Below, piece by piece: positions 41,454 to 51,584 of a stretch of 64,000 nucleotides of DNA (its first letter is position 1; each line of letters starts with the position of its first letter). Both the position numbers and the translations under genes were made by a program. Under the pieces are notes generated by a model. The model was given only the letters and a program-made list of their open reading frames with translations, was not told the DNA's origin and searched no databases. Source of the stretch: Candidatus Bathyarchaeota archaeon (GTDB taxonomy: Archaea > Thermoproteota > Bathyarchaeia > Bathyarchaeales > Bathycorpusculaceae); the NCBI GenBank assembly GCA_963720565.1, contig CAVRFW010000006.1, positions 25,944 through 89,943 of the forward strand. Reading direction: 5' to 3'.

Positions 41454-42698
41454 CTATAAATCTGCCATTTTGGCTCTGTTTCCAAGGAAATGTTCGATCC
41501 TAATCAGCTCATTTAGCTTTGCGATGCGTGTCCCTTCCACTACTCCAGTCTTTATTATTGGGCACTTGAATGCTACTGCTAAATGGGCTATGTGCCAGTC
41601 GCACGTGTCGCCTGAGCGATGTGAAACCACACACGTGTAACCGTTCCTCTGCGCGTTTTCTATTGTCTCTGCCGCGTCTGAAAGCGTACCGATTTGATTG
41701 ACTTTAATTATTATGGCGTTTGCAGCGTCGAGTTTGATTCCTTGGTTTAGTCGTTCGTTGTTTGTAGTGAATAAATCGTCACCGCAGACCAGGCAGTTTC
41801 GAGCTTTTTTTGTAAGTTCTGCAAAACTTTCGAAGTCTTCTTCGTGGAACGGATCTTCAACATACGCTAGATGGTATTGCTCAATCAGGTCCAACATGAA
41901 ATCCAATTGTTCGGAAGCATCTCGTTTCTTACTTCCATTCTCGTAAACGTATTTTTCTTCTTTCTCCTTCCATAAAGAGGAGGCAGCTACGTCTATTCCA
42001 AATCCACATTCGAAATCCAATTCGTTGCCCACTTCTTCACAGGCCTTGGCGATAGTTTCAAACGCGTCTTCGTTTCCGATGTTGGCAATCCACGCGCCTT
42101 CAGAGCTTGTACCGCCACTGAATAGCTTGTCTTTCTTTTTCAATGCGTCTCCGATTTTCTTGTGAATTTGAGTGTTCGCGGTTAAAGCTTCCAGAAAAGT
42201 CTCAGCCCCATGAGGAAGCGTCAAGAATTCCTGAATGTCGGGTGCTTTGCCGCGTGCGTGCTGACCACCACTTATGCAATTCCCAAGTGGGTAAGGAAGC
42301 GTGTTGGCAATGTTTCCACCTAGAAACTGGAACAGCAGCAACCCATGCGAGTTTGCAGCTGCCTCAGCATTTGCTAGCGAAACGGCAAAGGCCGTATTTC
42401 CGCCTATGACTCGGAAGTTTGTTGTACCGTCGACCTCATGAAGTGTACCATCAATTTCCTCTTGGAAATCACTGTTTAAGCCCGCAAGTTCAGGAGCTAT
42501 TAGGTCGTCGATTTTTTTAATCGCCTGTTCAACTCCACCTTGGGGGTAGTAAACAACTTCGGCTTTGCCCCGGCTTTTTCCGGCTGGGGCTGATGCACGT
42601 CCGAAACCGTTTGCTGTTATGACGTCAACCTCTATAGTTTCCTCTCCGCGATTGTTGAATATCTTTCTCGCGATGAGGTCTTCGATTATTGACGACAC
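41454..42698 (-). CDS. eno: Enolase
   Basis: EDPFHEED, GDDLFTTN, KVNQIGT and SHRSG. Confidence 0.95.
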   Translation of the reverse strand: MSSIIEDLIARKIFNNRGEETIEVDVITANGFGRASAPAGKSRGKAEVVYYPQGGVEQAIKKIDDLIAPELAGLNSDFQEEIDGTLHEVDGTTNFRVIGGNTAFAVSLANAEAAANSHGLLLFQFLGGNIANTLPYPLGNCISGGQHARGKAPDIQEFLTLPHGAETFLEALTANTQIHKKIGDALKKKDKLFSGGTSSEGAWIANIGNEDAFETIAKACEEVGNELDFECGFGIDVAASSLWKEKEEKYVYENGSKKRDASEQLDFMLDLIEQYHLAYVEDPFHEEDFESFAELTKKARNCLVCGDDLFTTNNERLNQGIKLDAANAIIIKVNQIGTLSDAAETIENAQRNGYTCVVSHRSGDTCDWHIAHLAVAFKCPIIKTGVVEGTRIAKLNELIRIEHFLGNRAKMADL

Positions 42699-43062
42699 GT
42701 GAACACCTTCAAGCGCTATACCTTTTGTTTAGCTCTTATTTACTCTTTCGGAAAACAACATTTGCAGTTCATAACTTTCTGCGAGTTTAACACTTTCAAT
42801 AAAACTAGCTTTTGTTCTCAAGCGTTGCGTAATATATCAGAAATCCCTATCAACAGGGTTTGATTCGTCCGTAGTCGAAGCGAACCCCTGAAAGCAGGGT
42901 GAAAATACGAGATTTAAGATTAAAGTGCTAGCCAAGCAAAAGTCTACATACTCTAAGGGAATCTGACGCTTGTATCCAAAACAGAAGCAAAAAGCCCGAG
43001 TTAGACAACCTCAAGTCAACATGTTTGTCGAGAAAGGAAATTTTGAACACTTGAAGAAAAAG

Positions 43063-43293
43063 TTAGTAATACTTGCGGGCTTCTTTCCTTTTCTCCGCCT
43101 CTTCGTAGAAACGAAGAACTTCGTCTATTATCTCAACATTTGAGAGCAGCATACGTCTGCAACAGTAGCGTTTGATGCCCAAACTATCCAAAACGTCACG
43201 TGCATTTTCCCCTGTTTTTACTCTTCTGGCAAATTCCTCCCATCTATCACCGATCAGTTTGCCGCACGTGAAGCATCTTACCGGAATGATCAT
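43063..43293 (-). CDS. rpoN: RNA polymerase subunit N (Rpo10)
   Basis: [12 protein letters not shown]...RYCCRRML. Confidence 0.97.
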   Translation of the reverse strand: MIIPVRCFTCGKLIGDRWEEFARRVKTGENARDVLDSLGIKRYCCRRMLLSNVEIIDEVLRFYEEAEKRKEARKYY

Positions 43294-43308
43294 CTCTGCT
43301 GTTCTCCT

Positions 43309-43719
43309 TTACCTGTAGCTCTTCTGTCCCTTAGCGCGTGCCCCTGGGCCGCCGACTTTTTTCGATTCTTTGCGGCGTGAATCTCCGACAATCATGGTCC
43401 TATCATATTCCGCAAAAACGGTACGCAGGTGACTGCTTTTTGTCCATTTTAGCATTGCGTTCGCAACCGCCATCCGAGCAGCTTCAGCTTGCCCCATGTA
43501 TCCTCCTCCCTGAGTTCGAACGTCCATGTCCAATTGATTCCAGACATCAGCGCCAGCCTGTAGAAGAGGTTCCATGATCTTCTCGCGTGCGATTTCAGGC
43601 TCATAAATCTCTACAGGAGTCATGTTAACCCGGACTCTTCCCATGCCTGACTTGACAACTGCACGGGCTACGGCGGTTTTCCTTTTTCCACTTACTACCA
43701 AAACTTTCTTAGCTGGCAT
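43309..43719 (-). CDS. rps9: 30S ribosomal protein S9
   Basis: GKRKTAVAR, GGGYMGQA and QKSYR. Confidence 0.97.
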   Translation of the reverse strand: MPAKKVLVVSGKRKTAVARAVVKSGMGRVRVNMTPVEIYEPEIAREKIMEPLLQAGADVWNQLDMDVRTQGGGYMGQAEAARMAVANAMLKWTKSSHLRTVFAEYDRTMIVGDSRRKESKKVGGPGARAKGQKSYR

Positions 43720-43722
43720 TAA

Positions 43723-44175
43723 TTAGTCACCTTGATTCCATCCTATTTCTTTTGCAAGTTCGCCAAGGGTAAAATGAGGTCCCTTCAGCTTTTCTGATTT
43801 AGCCTGGTCTAACGTTGTGGTTTGAAGGTCTTGATAATCCCTTGGCACACCCATGAACACTTTCAGCTTTCCAAGAGCTGTCTTTCCTTTGGGCTGTTTG
43901 ATTGGCAACATTCCCCTGACTGTTTTCTTGACCATCTTGTCCGGTCTTCTGTAGTGAAAGGGACCTCTGTCTGGAGCTCCAACCTCCAAGAATACTTTGG
44001 CTTCTGCCACTTTGACCTTTTTCTTTCCCGAGATTATTGCTTTTTCAGCGTTAAGTATTATCACTTCTTCTCCGTTTAGCAAGCGTTTAGCGACTTTGCT
44101 TGCCATTCTGCCGAGAATCAAACCGTTGGCGTTGATTAGAACAGGGTGCTTCTTAGCTGTTTCCACTTTCTGCAT
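43723..44175 (-). CDS. rpl13: 50S ribosomal protein L13
   Basis: ILGRMAS and VRGMLP. Confidence 0.96.
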   Translation of the reverse strand: MQKVETAKKHPVLINANGLILGRMASKVAKRLLNGEEVIILNAEKAIISGKKKVKVAEAKVFLEVGAPDRGPFHYRRPDKMVKKTVRGMLPIKQPKGKTALGKLKVFMGVPRDYQDLQTTTLDQAKSEKLKGPHFTLGELAKEIGWNQGD

Positions 44176-44182
44176 TCTTTGT

Positions 44183-44545
44183 TCACCGAATAATTGTAAT
44201 GTTTGACCCTTTCGGGTTTTTCTCTATCAACTCTGGAATCGAAATGTACTTTGCCCTGGCAGCTTTCAATTTTTCTTGGGCTCTTTCTGAAGCACCGAAG
44301 GCAGCTACGGTTACTGCATGATTTAAGGTACCTGTCGCTAAAATTTTGCCTGGAACTACGATTGTGCTACCTTTTTGCGTGTTTCTGTTTATCCTGCTTA
44401 GGTTTACAGCAATGCGCTGCCTGCTGGGTTTGGATAAATGTTCTGCTACATCCAGCCAGATTGCAGCATCTTTTTCGCGGCTCTGCTTTTTCAGGAAACG
44501 AATAAGCTGGATGAGTTCAGGATTTGGTGTTTTGGTGTCTCTCAT
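44183..44545 (-). CDS. rpl18e: 50S ribosomal protein L18e
   Basis: VNLSRINR, VVPGKIL and NPKGS. Confidence 0.96.
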   Translation of the reverse strand: MRDTKTPNPELIQLIRFLKKQSREKDAAIWLDVAEHLSKPSRQRIAVNLSRINRNTQKGSTIVVPGKILATGTLNHAVTVAAFGASERAQEKLKAARAKYISIPELIEKNPKGSNITIIR

Positions 44546-45357
44546 TATTCTTCCACCTTCAGTTGTTCTTGAAAATCTTCTAATTGCTTGTCAAGTATTT
44601 TTGTAGCTTGTTGAAGCACTCTCTCCGGAGGCAACGCACCTGACGATTCAATACTCATAATGAAAGCGTTCTTCTCCCAATTTACCTTGATGGCTTTAGG
44701 CTCTTTTGGGCAAGCATCAACGCAGTCCATGCAAAGGTTGCACGCCAACAAATCGCGGATTTCAACTTTATTTTCCTTCATGGCTAGCACTTTTTTAGGA
44801 CATATGGTCACACATTTCTCGCAATCGCCGCAGTCTTTGATTGGAACTTCTATCTGGGGGTAATATTTGTAAACACACATGCACACTGGCTGCCACTTAG
44901 CATGGTTCTTCCCTTTGCCAAGCCTTGCGTAAGCTTCAAGTTTCAGTTTTTGCCCCTTAGCAAGCTTTATGATGGGCACCTTGTCTGACACTGGAACTAT
45001 GTTAGTGTTTTCCGAAACAATTTCTCCGGAGTAAACTGTCCTTGTTCCCTCCTTCGCCTCTGCGTCCAGCGTCAAGGTTACTCGACATAGAGAGCAACCA
45101 AACTCACTGTGGCACTCGCAGTCTTCCGGAAGGTTGTAAGTGTCCAGATCAGTTTTCATTGGAGTGAGACCTAGCCTGTGAGCTATAATCTCGTCCTGCA
45201 AAATAGATGAGTTCTCGATCATAACCACTTCATCTATTGCCATGCTAGGAACCTCAGCAAGTGCTATGCGCCGCAAGGCATTAATCAAAGGAACTTCTGC
45301 CTCACGTATGACTACGCGAAGGTTCATCTCATCTTTTTCCAGCACTTCAATCTTCAC
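44545..45357 (-). CDS. rpoD: RNA polymerase subunit D (Rpo3) with a ferredoxin-like insertion
   Basis: NALRRIALAEVP, AHRLGL and HAKWQP. GTG start at 45357 preferred. Confidence 0.96.
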   Translation of the reverse strand: MKIEVLEKDEMNLRVVIREAEVPLINALRRIALAEVPSMAIDEVVMIENSSILQDEIIAHRLGLTPMKTDLDTYNLPEDCECHSEFGCSLCRVTLTLDAEAKEGTRTVYSGEIVSENTNIVPVSDKVPIIKLAKGQKLKLEAYARLGKGKNHAKWQPVCMCVYKYYPQIEVPIKDCGDCEKCVTICPKKVLAMKENKVEIRDLLACNLCMDCVDACPKEPKAIKVNWEKNAFIMSIESSGALPPERVLQQATKILDKQLEDFQEQLKVEE

Positions 45358-45462
45358 TTGTTTGGGACACTCCATAATGGTAAGGATAATGACTGTGCGG
45401 TTCAATAGAAGCGCAAGTGCATTATTTCAATTTTTCTGTTTGACACATTCAGACTAAACTAA

Positions 45463-45864
45463 CTATACGCGTCTTCCTCTTCTGCCGCCTGGTCTTCTCG
45501 TTCCGTCGTGTGGAATCGGCGTGACTTCCTCAATACGTTCAATGCGAAAACCAAACCTAGCTAATGCGCGTATGGCTGCTTGTGCACCAGGGCCTGGCGT
45601 TCTTGGACCTGACCCTCCTGGAGCTCGGACCTTTATGTGTATCGCTGTTATGCCTTTGTCTCTAGCAGATTCTGCAGCTGCTGTGGCAGCTCGCATTGCT
45701 GCGTAGGGCGAGGACTCCATTCGGTCAGCTTTAACGAACATTCCGCCACTTGTGCGAGAAATTGTTTCGGCGCCTGATATGTCGGTTACATGGATTAGGG
45801 TGTTGTTGTAACTGCTGAAGATGTGGACGACACCCCACTTCTCTGTTTTCTTGCTACTGCTCAG
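45463..45864 (-). CDS. rps11: 30S ribosomal protein S11, probable CTG start
   Basis: [14 protein letters not shown] lies upstream of the first ATG; also TPGPGAQAA and [14 protein letters not shown]. Confidence 0.95.
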   Translation of the reverse strand: MSSSKKTEKWGVVHIFSSYNNTLIHVTDISGAETISRTSGGMFVKADRMESSPYAAMRAATAAAESARDKGITAIHIKVRAPGGSGPRTPGPGAQAAIRALARFGFRIERIEEVTPIPHDGTRRPGGRRGRRV

Positions 45865-46452
45865 AACCTGCCGCCTCCTCTTCCGCCTCTTCTACCCCGA
45901 CTTGGAGGTCTTATTTCTGGCTGTTTCGCCACAAATGACAAGCCTTGGCGCAGTGGATGTGTTTCTTTTGCAATGTCGCTCTGTTGGTTGTAGGTGATTT
46001 GTGCTTCTTCCTCTTTTGATACTAGATAACCTGGAATTGTCACTCTTCGGTTTCCAATAGTCACGTGTCCATGCGTTATTAGTTGTCTGGACTTGGAAGA
46101 TTGTCCTGGTTAAACCTTTTCTGAACACAATTGTCTGGAGTCTGCGTTCAAGAAGGTCCTCAATGGATAAGTCCAAAACATTGTCCAAAACTGCGGTTTC
46201 TTGTAGAACGCCCCGTTTTTTCAGTTTTGTTAGCAATTCGTTCTCCATTTTGGCGCGTTCTTCAGCTGATTTACCGATCAGTGAGCGGGCTATGCCCCTA
46301 GTTTTTGACAGAGTTGTTTTGAGACGCCACAACTCATGCTTGTTGCGTAAGCCGTACTGACCTAGATACTTCAGTTCTTCCTCCAGTACGTCTTTGCGCC
46401 AGCTAAAACGTGGAGTTTGAAATTTCTTACGTTGTTTCTTTGGATCGCCCAT
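45861..46452 (-). CDS. rps4: 30S ribosomal protein S4, frameshift near 46094
   Basis: MGDPKKQRK and ERRLQT. Removing one A gives the conserved [10 protein letters not shown]...IPGYLV. Confidence 0.95.
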
Positions 46453-46462
46453 TGTTCATACC

Positions 46463-46945
46463 TCACTTTGCTGGAGGTGCGGCTCCAGGTTTCTGCATAA
46501 GCGTCTTCTTCTTGACCCCAAGGGCTTTTCCCGCTCTGCCCGTGGTTTTTGTATGTTGCCCACGCACTTTCAAACTGTATGCATGGCGATATCCGCGCCA
46601 AGACCTTATTTCCTTGGCTTGATCAATATCCATTTTCGTTCTAAGCACAAGATCTGCGCTTAAGAGGTGAGAATCTTTGCCTGTTTCTGCGTCTTTTCGT
46701 CGGTTAAAAAGCCAAGCTGGCAGACCATATTTTGCTGGTTCTCTAATTACCGCTTCAATTTTGCCAATTTCCATCTCGGTTAGGAAGCCGACTCTTAAGT
46801 CAGGATTCACGCCTGCCTTTTTAATTATGGCGTTTGAGAGGCTCAGGCTAATTCCTTTGATAGCTGTTAATGCGTAAACAGTTTTCAGGGTACCCTCCAT
46901 ATCTGTACCCATAATACGAAGTATGTAACGATATTCCTGTGACAT
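46463..46945 (-). CDS. rps13: 30S ribosomal protein S13
   Basis: PAWLFNRRKD, RGYRH and VRGQHTKTTGR. Confidence 0.97.
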   Translation of the reverse strand: MSQEYRYILRIMGTDMEGTLKTVYALTAIKGISLSLSNAIIKKAGVNPDLRVGFLTEMEIGKIEAVIREPAKYGLPAWLFNRRKDAETGKDSHLLSADLVLRTKMDIDQAKEIRSWRGYRHAYSLKVRGQHTKTTGRAGKALGVKKKTLMQKPGAAPPAK

Positions 46946-47094
46946 TCTAACTTTTCATCCGTTTAAAGTCTGGAGCTACCTACGAAAGTGAAACGTAATT
47001 TATTTAAACCTTCCTTCTCCGGAACGAGGGAAAATCATTTGCTTTCAATTTAATGTTTCGTCTTAAACTATGAAAGGAAGGGAACTTTCGCATG

Positions 47095-48867
47095 TCAGAT
47101 TTGGAGCACGAGTCTTCGTGTTTTTTCTTTTTTCCAGGTATAGAATATGGCGGTTAAGGCTGAAATCGCTACTATTGCCCAGTTAGCGTATGGAACAAAT
47201 GTTTCGGTGTTGATTGTTGGGTTTGTGTTTCTATCTATTGGTTGCAGGGGCTGGTTCACGGTTTCGATTCTTAAGTTTTTGAAGGCTACGGCTTTGTTTG
47301 TGTTGTTTGCTACTAATATTCCGATTTCTCCTATGCTTGCAGCTTCATTTCTGATTGATAAGCTTTCTAGAAGAGCCCCTTCTGCATCAAACAGTTGGGC
47401 GTATATCTCGGTTTCAGACAGTTTTGCTTGCATCTTATACCATGTGTTCTCGCTGATGCTTCCTGATGCATTCAGTAAGACAGTTTTGTCTTTGTGAAAT
47501 TCCTGTATTTGGGACACAGCATAGTCGTCTATTGCCTTGACATGTACTTTGTAGTTGCCTTGGCCATAGTTTTGCAGTATGAAACAGAATTGATCATTCT
47601 TTACTATATTGAGTGGCAGTCTCAATGGTTGCTCGCCTAGCTGTACTTCAGGTTTCCCCTTAATCGACACTGTTTCCCCGCTTTTCATAACGATGAAATC
47701 TCCGGTGATCGTAACGCCAGTTCCTTCCAAGTTGAAATTAAGGAAGTCTTCTATGCCCTGTCTAATCCGAAGTTCATATGTCGCAGCGCCTGGATTGCCG
47801 AGTATGTAAATATAGTTAGGCGACTCGAATTGAACCGTTGATTTAGGGAAACCTATAAAGACTGTTATTATTTCGCTGTCTGCGCCTGCGTAGCCTGCGG
47901 TTCCGCTCCAGCTTGTTTGAATGTAATATATACCTGTTGTGGTAAAATTCCAATCAAATGAGTATTCTCCATCATCTCTTGTTTCTGTGCTGAATACATC
48001 CCAAGTGGCTCTGTCTCGGCTGAGATACATTGTTACGTCTTCCGCCCTGTATGCTGGAGAAATGAAGCCTGAGATTGCTATGTTTGACTCTCCATATTCA
48101 ATGGTTGATAGGGGTGAAGAAAGATCAATCGATATGGATGAGGAGTTGAGTGGTCTATCTATTTCCGATGCTATCTTTGCTGGCGGCGATTTCTCGCAGT
48201 TATTGATGGGAATGATTAGAGGTCGCTCTCCTCCAAGAGAGTCAGGTTGATCGCCAACGCGCCATTGTGCTTTGGGTGTGCATTCTGCAACCCAGTATTC
48301 TTTGCCTTTGTATTCGTAGCTAGTAGGTGGTGTCCACCATAGACTTGAGGGAGTGCTCGATAGGTGAATCCCTATGTTCATGTGGGCAGCTTCTTTATAG
48401 TATAACAAGACAACATCCAAGTCTCCTGCTATGAGGATTGAAGCTGCAAGCAGTGAAACTGTGTCGCAGTCCCCTTTGTTGTCCACTATGGTTTCAATCG
48501 GGTATTTGATGTCAATTTCAACGTACGGGATTTGTTGGACGAGCGCCAAGACTGCATTGGCGAATTCTTCGTCGCCATAGGTGTCTTTGGAAGTGAGGTT
48601 GCGTATGCTCTGCGCTATGGGAGCGACCGCGGTTGGTGTTACAAAGTTTGAGTATTGAGATTCGTCAGTGACGACGTGTGTCTTGCCTTGGTAATAATTG
48701 TAGAGAGATGGGGGTATGGAAACGTAGAGTTTGTGGTCGTTTAGTCCGAATTGAACGGTACAGTTGTATGTGAGATCGTAATTGGCTGCAATGGAGAAGG
48801 GCATGATTAAACCTGTTAACAATATGCTAATTAGCAGTATGCTGGTTTTTTGTAGACTAAAATGCAT
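47095..48867 (-). CDS. Secreted, membrane-anchored transglutaminase-like cysteine protease
   Basis: Signal peptide, KYPIET...GDCD, HMNIGI, AECT and a C-terminal TM helix. Confidence 0.8.
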   Translation of the reverse strand: MHFSLQKTSILLISILLTGLIMPFSIAANYDLTYNCTVQFGLNDHKLYVSIPPSLYNYYQGKTHVVTDESQYSNFVTPTAVAPIAQSIRNLTSKDTYGDEEFANAVLALVQQIPYVEIDIKYPIETIVDNKGDCDTVSLLAASILIAGDLDVVLLYYKEAAHMNIGIHLSSTPSSLWWTPPTSYEYKGKEYWVAECTPKAQWRVGDQPDSLGGERPLIIPINNCEKSPPAKIASEIDRPLNSSSISIDLSSPLSTIEYGESNIAISGFISPAYRAEDVTMYLSRDRATWDVFSTETRDDGEYSFDWNFTTTGIYYIQTSWSGTAGYAGADSEIITVFIGFPKSTVQFESPNYIYILGNPGAATYELRIRQGIEDFLNFNLEGTGVTITGDFIVMKSGETVSIKGKPEVQLGEQPLRLPLNIVKNDQFCFILQNYGQGNYKVHVKAIDDYAVSQIQEFHKDKTVLLNASGSISENTWYKMQAKLSETEIYAQLFDAEGALLESLSIRNEAASIGEIGILVANNTNKAVAFKNLRIETVNQPLQPIDRNTNPTINTETFVPYANWAIVAISALTAIFYTWKKEKTRRLVLQI

Positions 48868-49041
48868 GCTTGCTCTACATTAGAGTTTTTGCGGTAGAAC
48901 TGAAATAAATACTTGATGAATTTTGTGTAATTTTCTTTTGTTTTTCTCTGAGAGCAGAAAATTGGATTGCCTTATTCGGAATTGCAAAATGAGTAGTGGA
49001 AGTCGGAGGCAAATTGAAGCAATAAAGGTCTTGTGCCAGGG

Positions 49042-51346
49042 TTATGTCTCGTAGTTTGATAGTTTCTTCTGTTTCTGTCCCTTGATTGCGTCGTAAACTG
49101 ATTCGGTCGTGTAGTCTGCAAAGCTCAAAAGGCTGGCCCCAGAGGCATAGAGCAAAAGCAGATATTTCTTGATGTCGGGGTTCACACCTTTCTCTATGAG
49201 TTGTGCTGCTTTAACTCTGCGGTCATAGCGTTTGTCTTTGGCATGAGTGAAAAGGAAGCGTACATTGTTTCCCGCGTGTATTTGGGCGCCTTCCTTTATG
49301 AGTTGCTCGGCAGCTATGACTTGGCTGACGTGTTGCCTATAACGCTTCGGGTTTTTTGACATATGTTTTGTGACTATTAGGTCCCAGAGAGGTACCTGGC
49401 CGTCCAGCAGTTTTCGCCGATATTTTTTAACAATTTCTAGGGCGTCAGGAATTTTTTTGTACAGTTCACTGGTGTTGTTTGCGGAAGCTAGGGTTTTTAT
49501 CATTTCTGTTTGGGCTTCAAACACGAAGTGTGGTGTGTCTCTACGGCGAATTTCTAAGCCGCGGACTTTGATTTTTCCGTTTTCCATTACACCGTAATAC
49601 CGGTTCAATACGCCCACGCGTGGATGCATTTTCGAAGGCAAAAAAACTATCCATTTATAGCGTCCCTCAAATGTTATGGGCACTCCAACTTGCTCCGTTA
49701 TTGTTTTGCACAATGTATTGTATTCTTCGAGTACTAGCGTCTCGTTTCTTTAGCCATAGAGAATCAACGATGCCGTGGACCACCTCAAATCCATATTTCT
49801 CAGCCTTGTGTGCTGCCTTCAATAGGGCTTCTCTGCCGAAAGCACAGACGCCCATGTGACCGTCAACTGTGCCGAACTTTGCATTCCGATAGCCCAAATA
49901 GCCGAAACAAGTGACTAAAATCCACTTCAGTGCGGCCTGGCGTCTGTCGTAAACTTCCTTAAGCTGTGGATCGTCTGTTTGGTCCTTCATACGTTTGTAG
50001 AACAAGCGTTTATCTACGATCAGCCTTAGGGTTTTGGGGACTATGCCTTCCCGTTTCGTGCATATATTGTAGTTCAGGTCTGGGATTCGTGAAGTCGAGT
50101 TTGGGCAGCATTCACAGAGAACGGTTTCTGCCGATATGTTGTTGTCCACCATCAAAACAGGGTACATCGAAGAAAAATCAATTTCGCCCACAAAGTCGTG
50201 AGCTCCTACTCGTGGTTCGAAGACTATGCCGCCTCGGTCGCCTACGAGCAGTTCGTAGGCGGTTTTGAAGGCTTCAGGGATGCTCTTGTTCCGGGGAATT
50301 AGCACATCGTCTTTAATCGCCTGATAAAACTGGAGTGAAGACATGCTTGAGCCTATGGAGTTGCGGGCAGCGGTGTGTAGGGGTACGCGGCATGTTCTGG
50401 CGACTTCTATTAGACCTTCGAATCCGGCTTCAGATAAGATGAACGTGTTGTTTTCGTCGATGTGTATTCTGCCGTAGAGTCGAATGGCTCCGGCTCTGTA
50501 GAACGTACGACCGTAGGAGAAGAATGTTTTTCCTGAAGGGGGTTTCGGCGAGAAAGGTGTTTTGTCTCGGCTCAGGATGAATTCGCTCAGGACATTATTA
50601 AGGGTGGCTCGTTGTGTGAGGTAGGGGAAAAGATAGGAGTCGCCGCCTTGGGTTATTATGATGTCTGGGTCAAGTTCTTTGACGACTTTGGCGATTTGAA
50701 GTATTTTTTCTGCTTCCTCGTCTGAATCGATGCATATTTCTTTCTGGTTTTGAGTTATGCAAACTGAGGATATGGAGTCTTGGAAATTGGGTATTTTTCC
50801 TTTTTTGTCGATTTCCACTCTCAGCTTCATCACTCGCAACTCTGGAACAGCATAATCTGTGCTGGTTGCCGAATCTAGGAGTGTATAGTGCAGTCCTGTC
50901 TCTTCTGTTCGGATGTCTACAAACGCCAAAGGGAAAATGTCGTGGCTGAAGAAGTAGGCACGATCTCCTTTCAAATCGCAGTTGTGGATCTCATAATTCA
51001 GATAGTCACCTAATCTCAGAATGTTGAGAGTGAGAGATTGTGTTTTTCTACAGTCTTTCAGCGTAAGCTCTAAGACTCTGGATTTCATGGCGTCTGTGGG
51101 GTGCGCGTACTTGTACGCGAAATTCCATGAGGATAGTATGCTGTTGTTACAGAGTCGGCTGACTAAGCGTTCTATTTCATCCTGCTTGGCTGAAACGTAA
51201 ATTTTGGGTTGGAAATTATCTGCGAGTTTTATTCTTTCGCCGTTTTCGGTTATGATCCAAACGGCGATTTTGCCGGGGCCGGAAGGGTAAGCGTCAAGTA
51301 TCCAGCCTCTAACATGGTCTGGAGCTACCTGTGTTTTTGACTGCAT
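49042..51346 (-). CDS. polB2: Family B DNA polymerase, PolB2 group, frameshift near 49733
   Basis: DRGG, DFSSMYP, KWILVTCFGYLG, altered motif C HGIVDS, and KVRGLEIRRRD in the second ORF. Confidence 0.9.
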
Positions 51347-51584
51347 CTAATTCCTTCTGTAGTTTTTGCAGTCGTATTTGCTGCGAGAGGAGGATAGACA
51401 TAACCATCGGTTCGAAGATTATTGGTTGAACGTTGTTGTTGCATGCATAAGCGTAGCTTCGGCCAGCTTCCATTAACGCGTCAAATGCTTCTCGGTCTTT
51501 GTTCCGTAAGGCCTTTGCGAAGCCATCCCATCTTCGGATTTCATCGTCTAAAGCCAGGCGGTAAGATTTGATGGTTTCATCCAC
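51309..51584 (-). CDS. Small helical PolB2-associated protein (arCOG07300-like)
   Basis: SYRLAL...RWDGFAKALR..DREAFDALM pattern; lies directly upstream of PolB2. Confidence 0.8.
   Translation of the reverse strand: MDETIKSYRLALDDEIRRWDGFAKALRNKDREAFDALMEAGRSYAYACNNNVQPIIFEPMVMSILLSQQIRLQKLQKELDAVKNTGSSRPC

Noticed and set aside
45861..46452. Programmed frameshift or split rps4
   Set aside because: No slippery sequence is present, and the same one-base excess recurs in unrelated genes, so error is more parsimonious.
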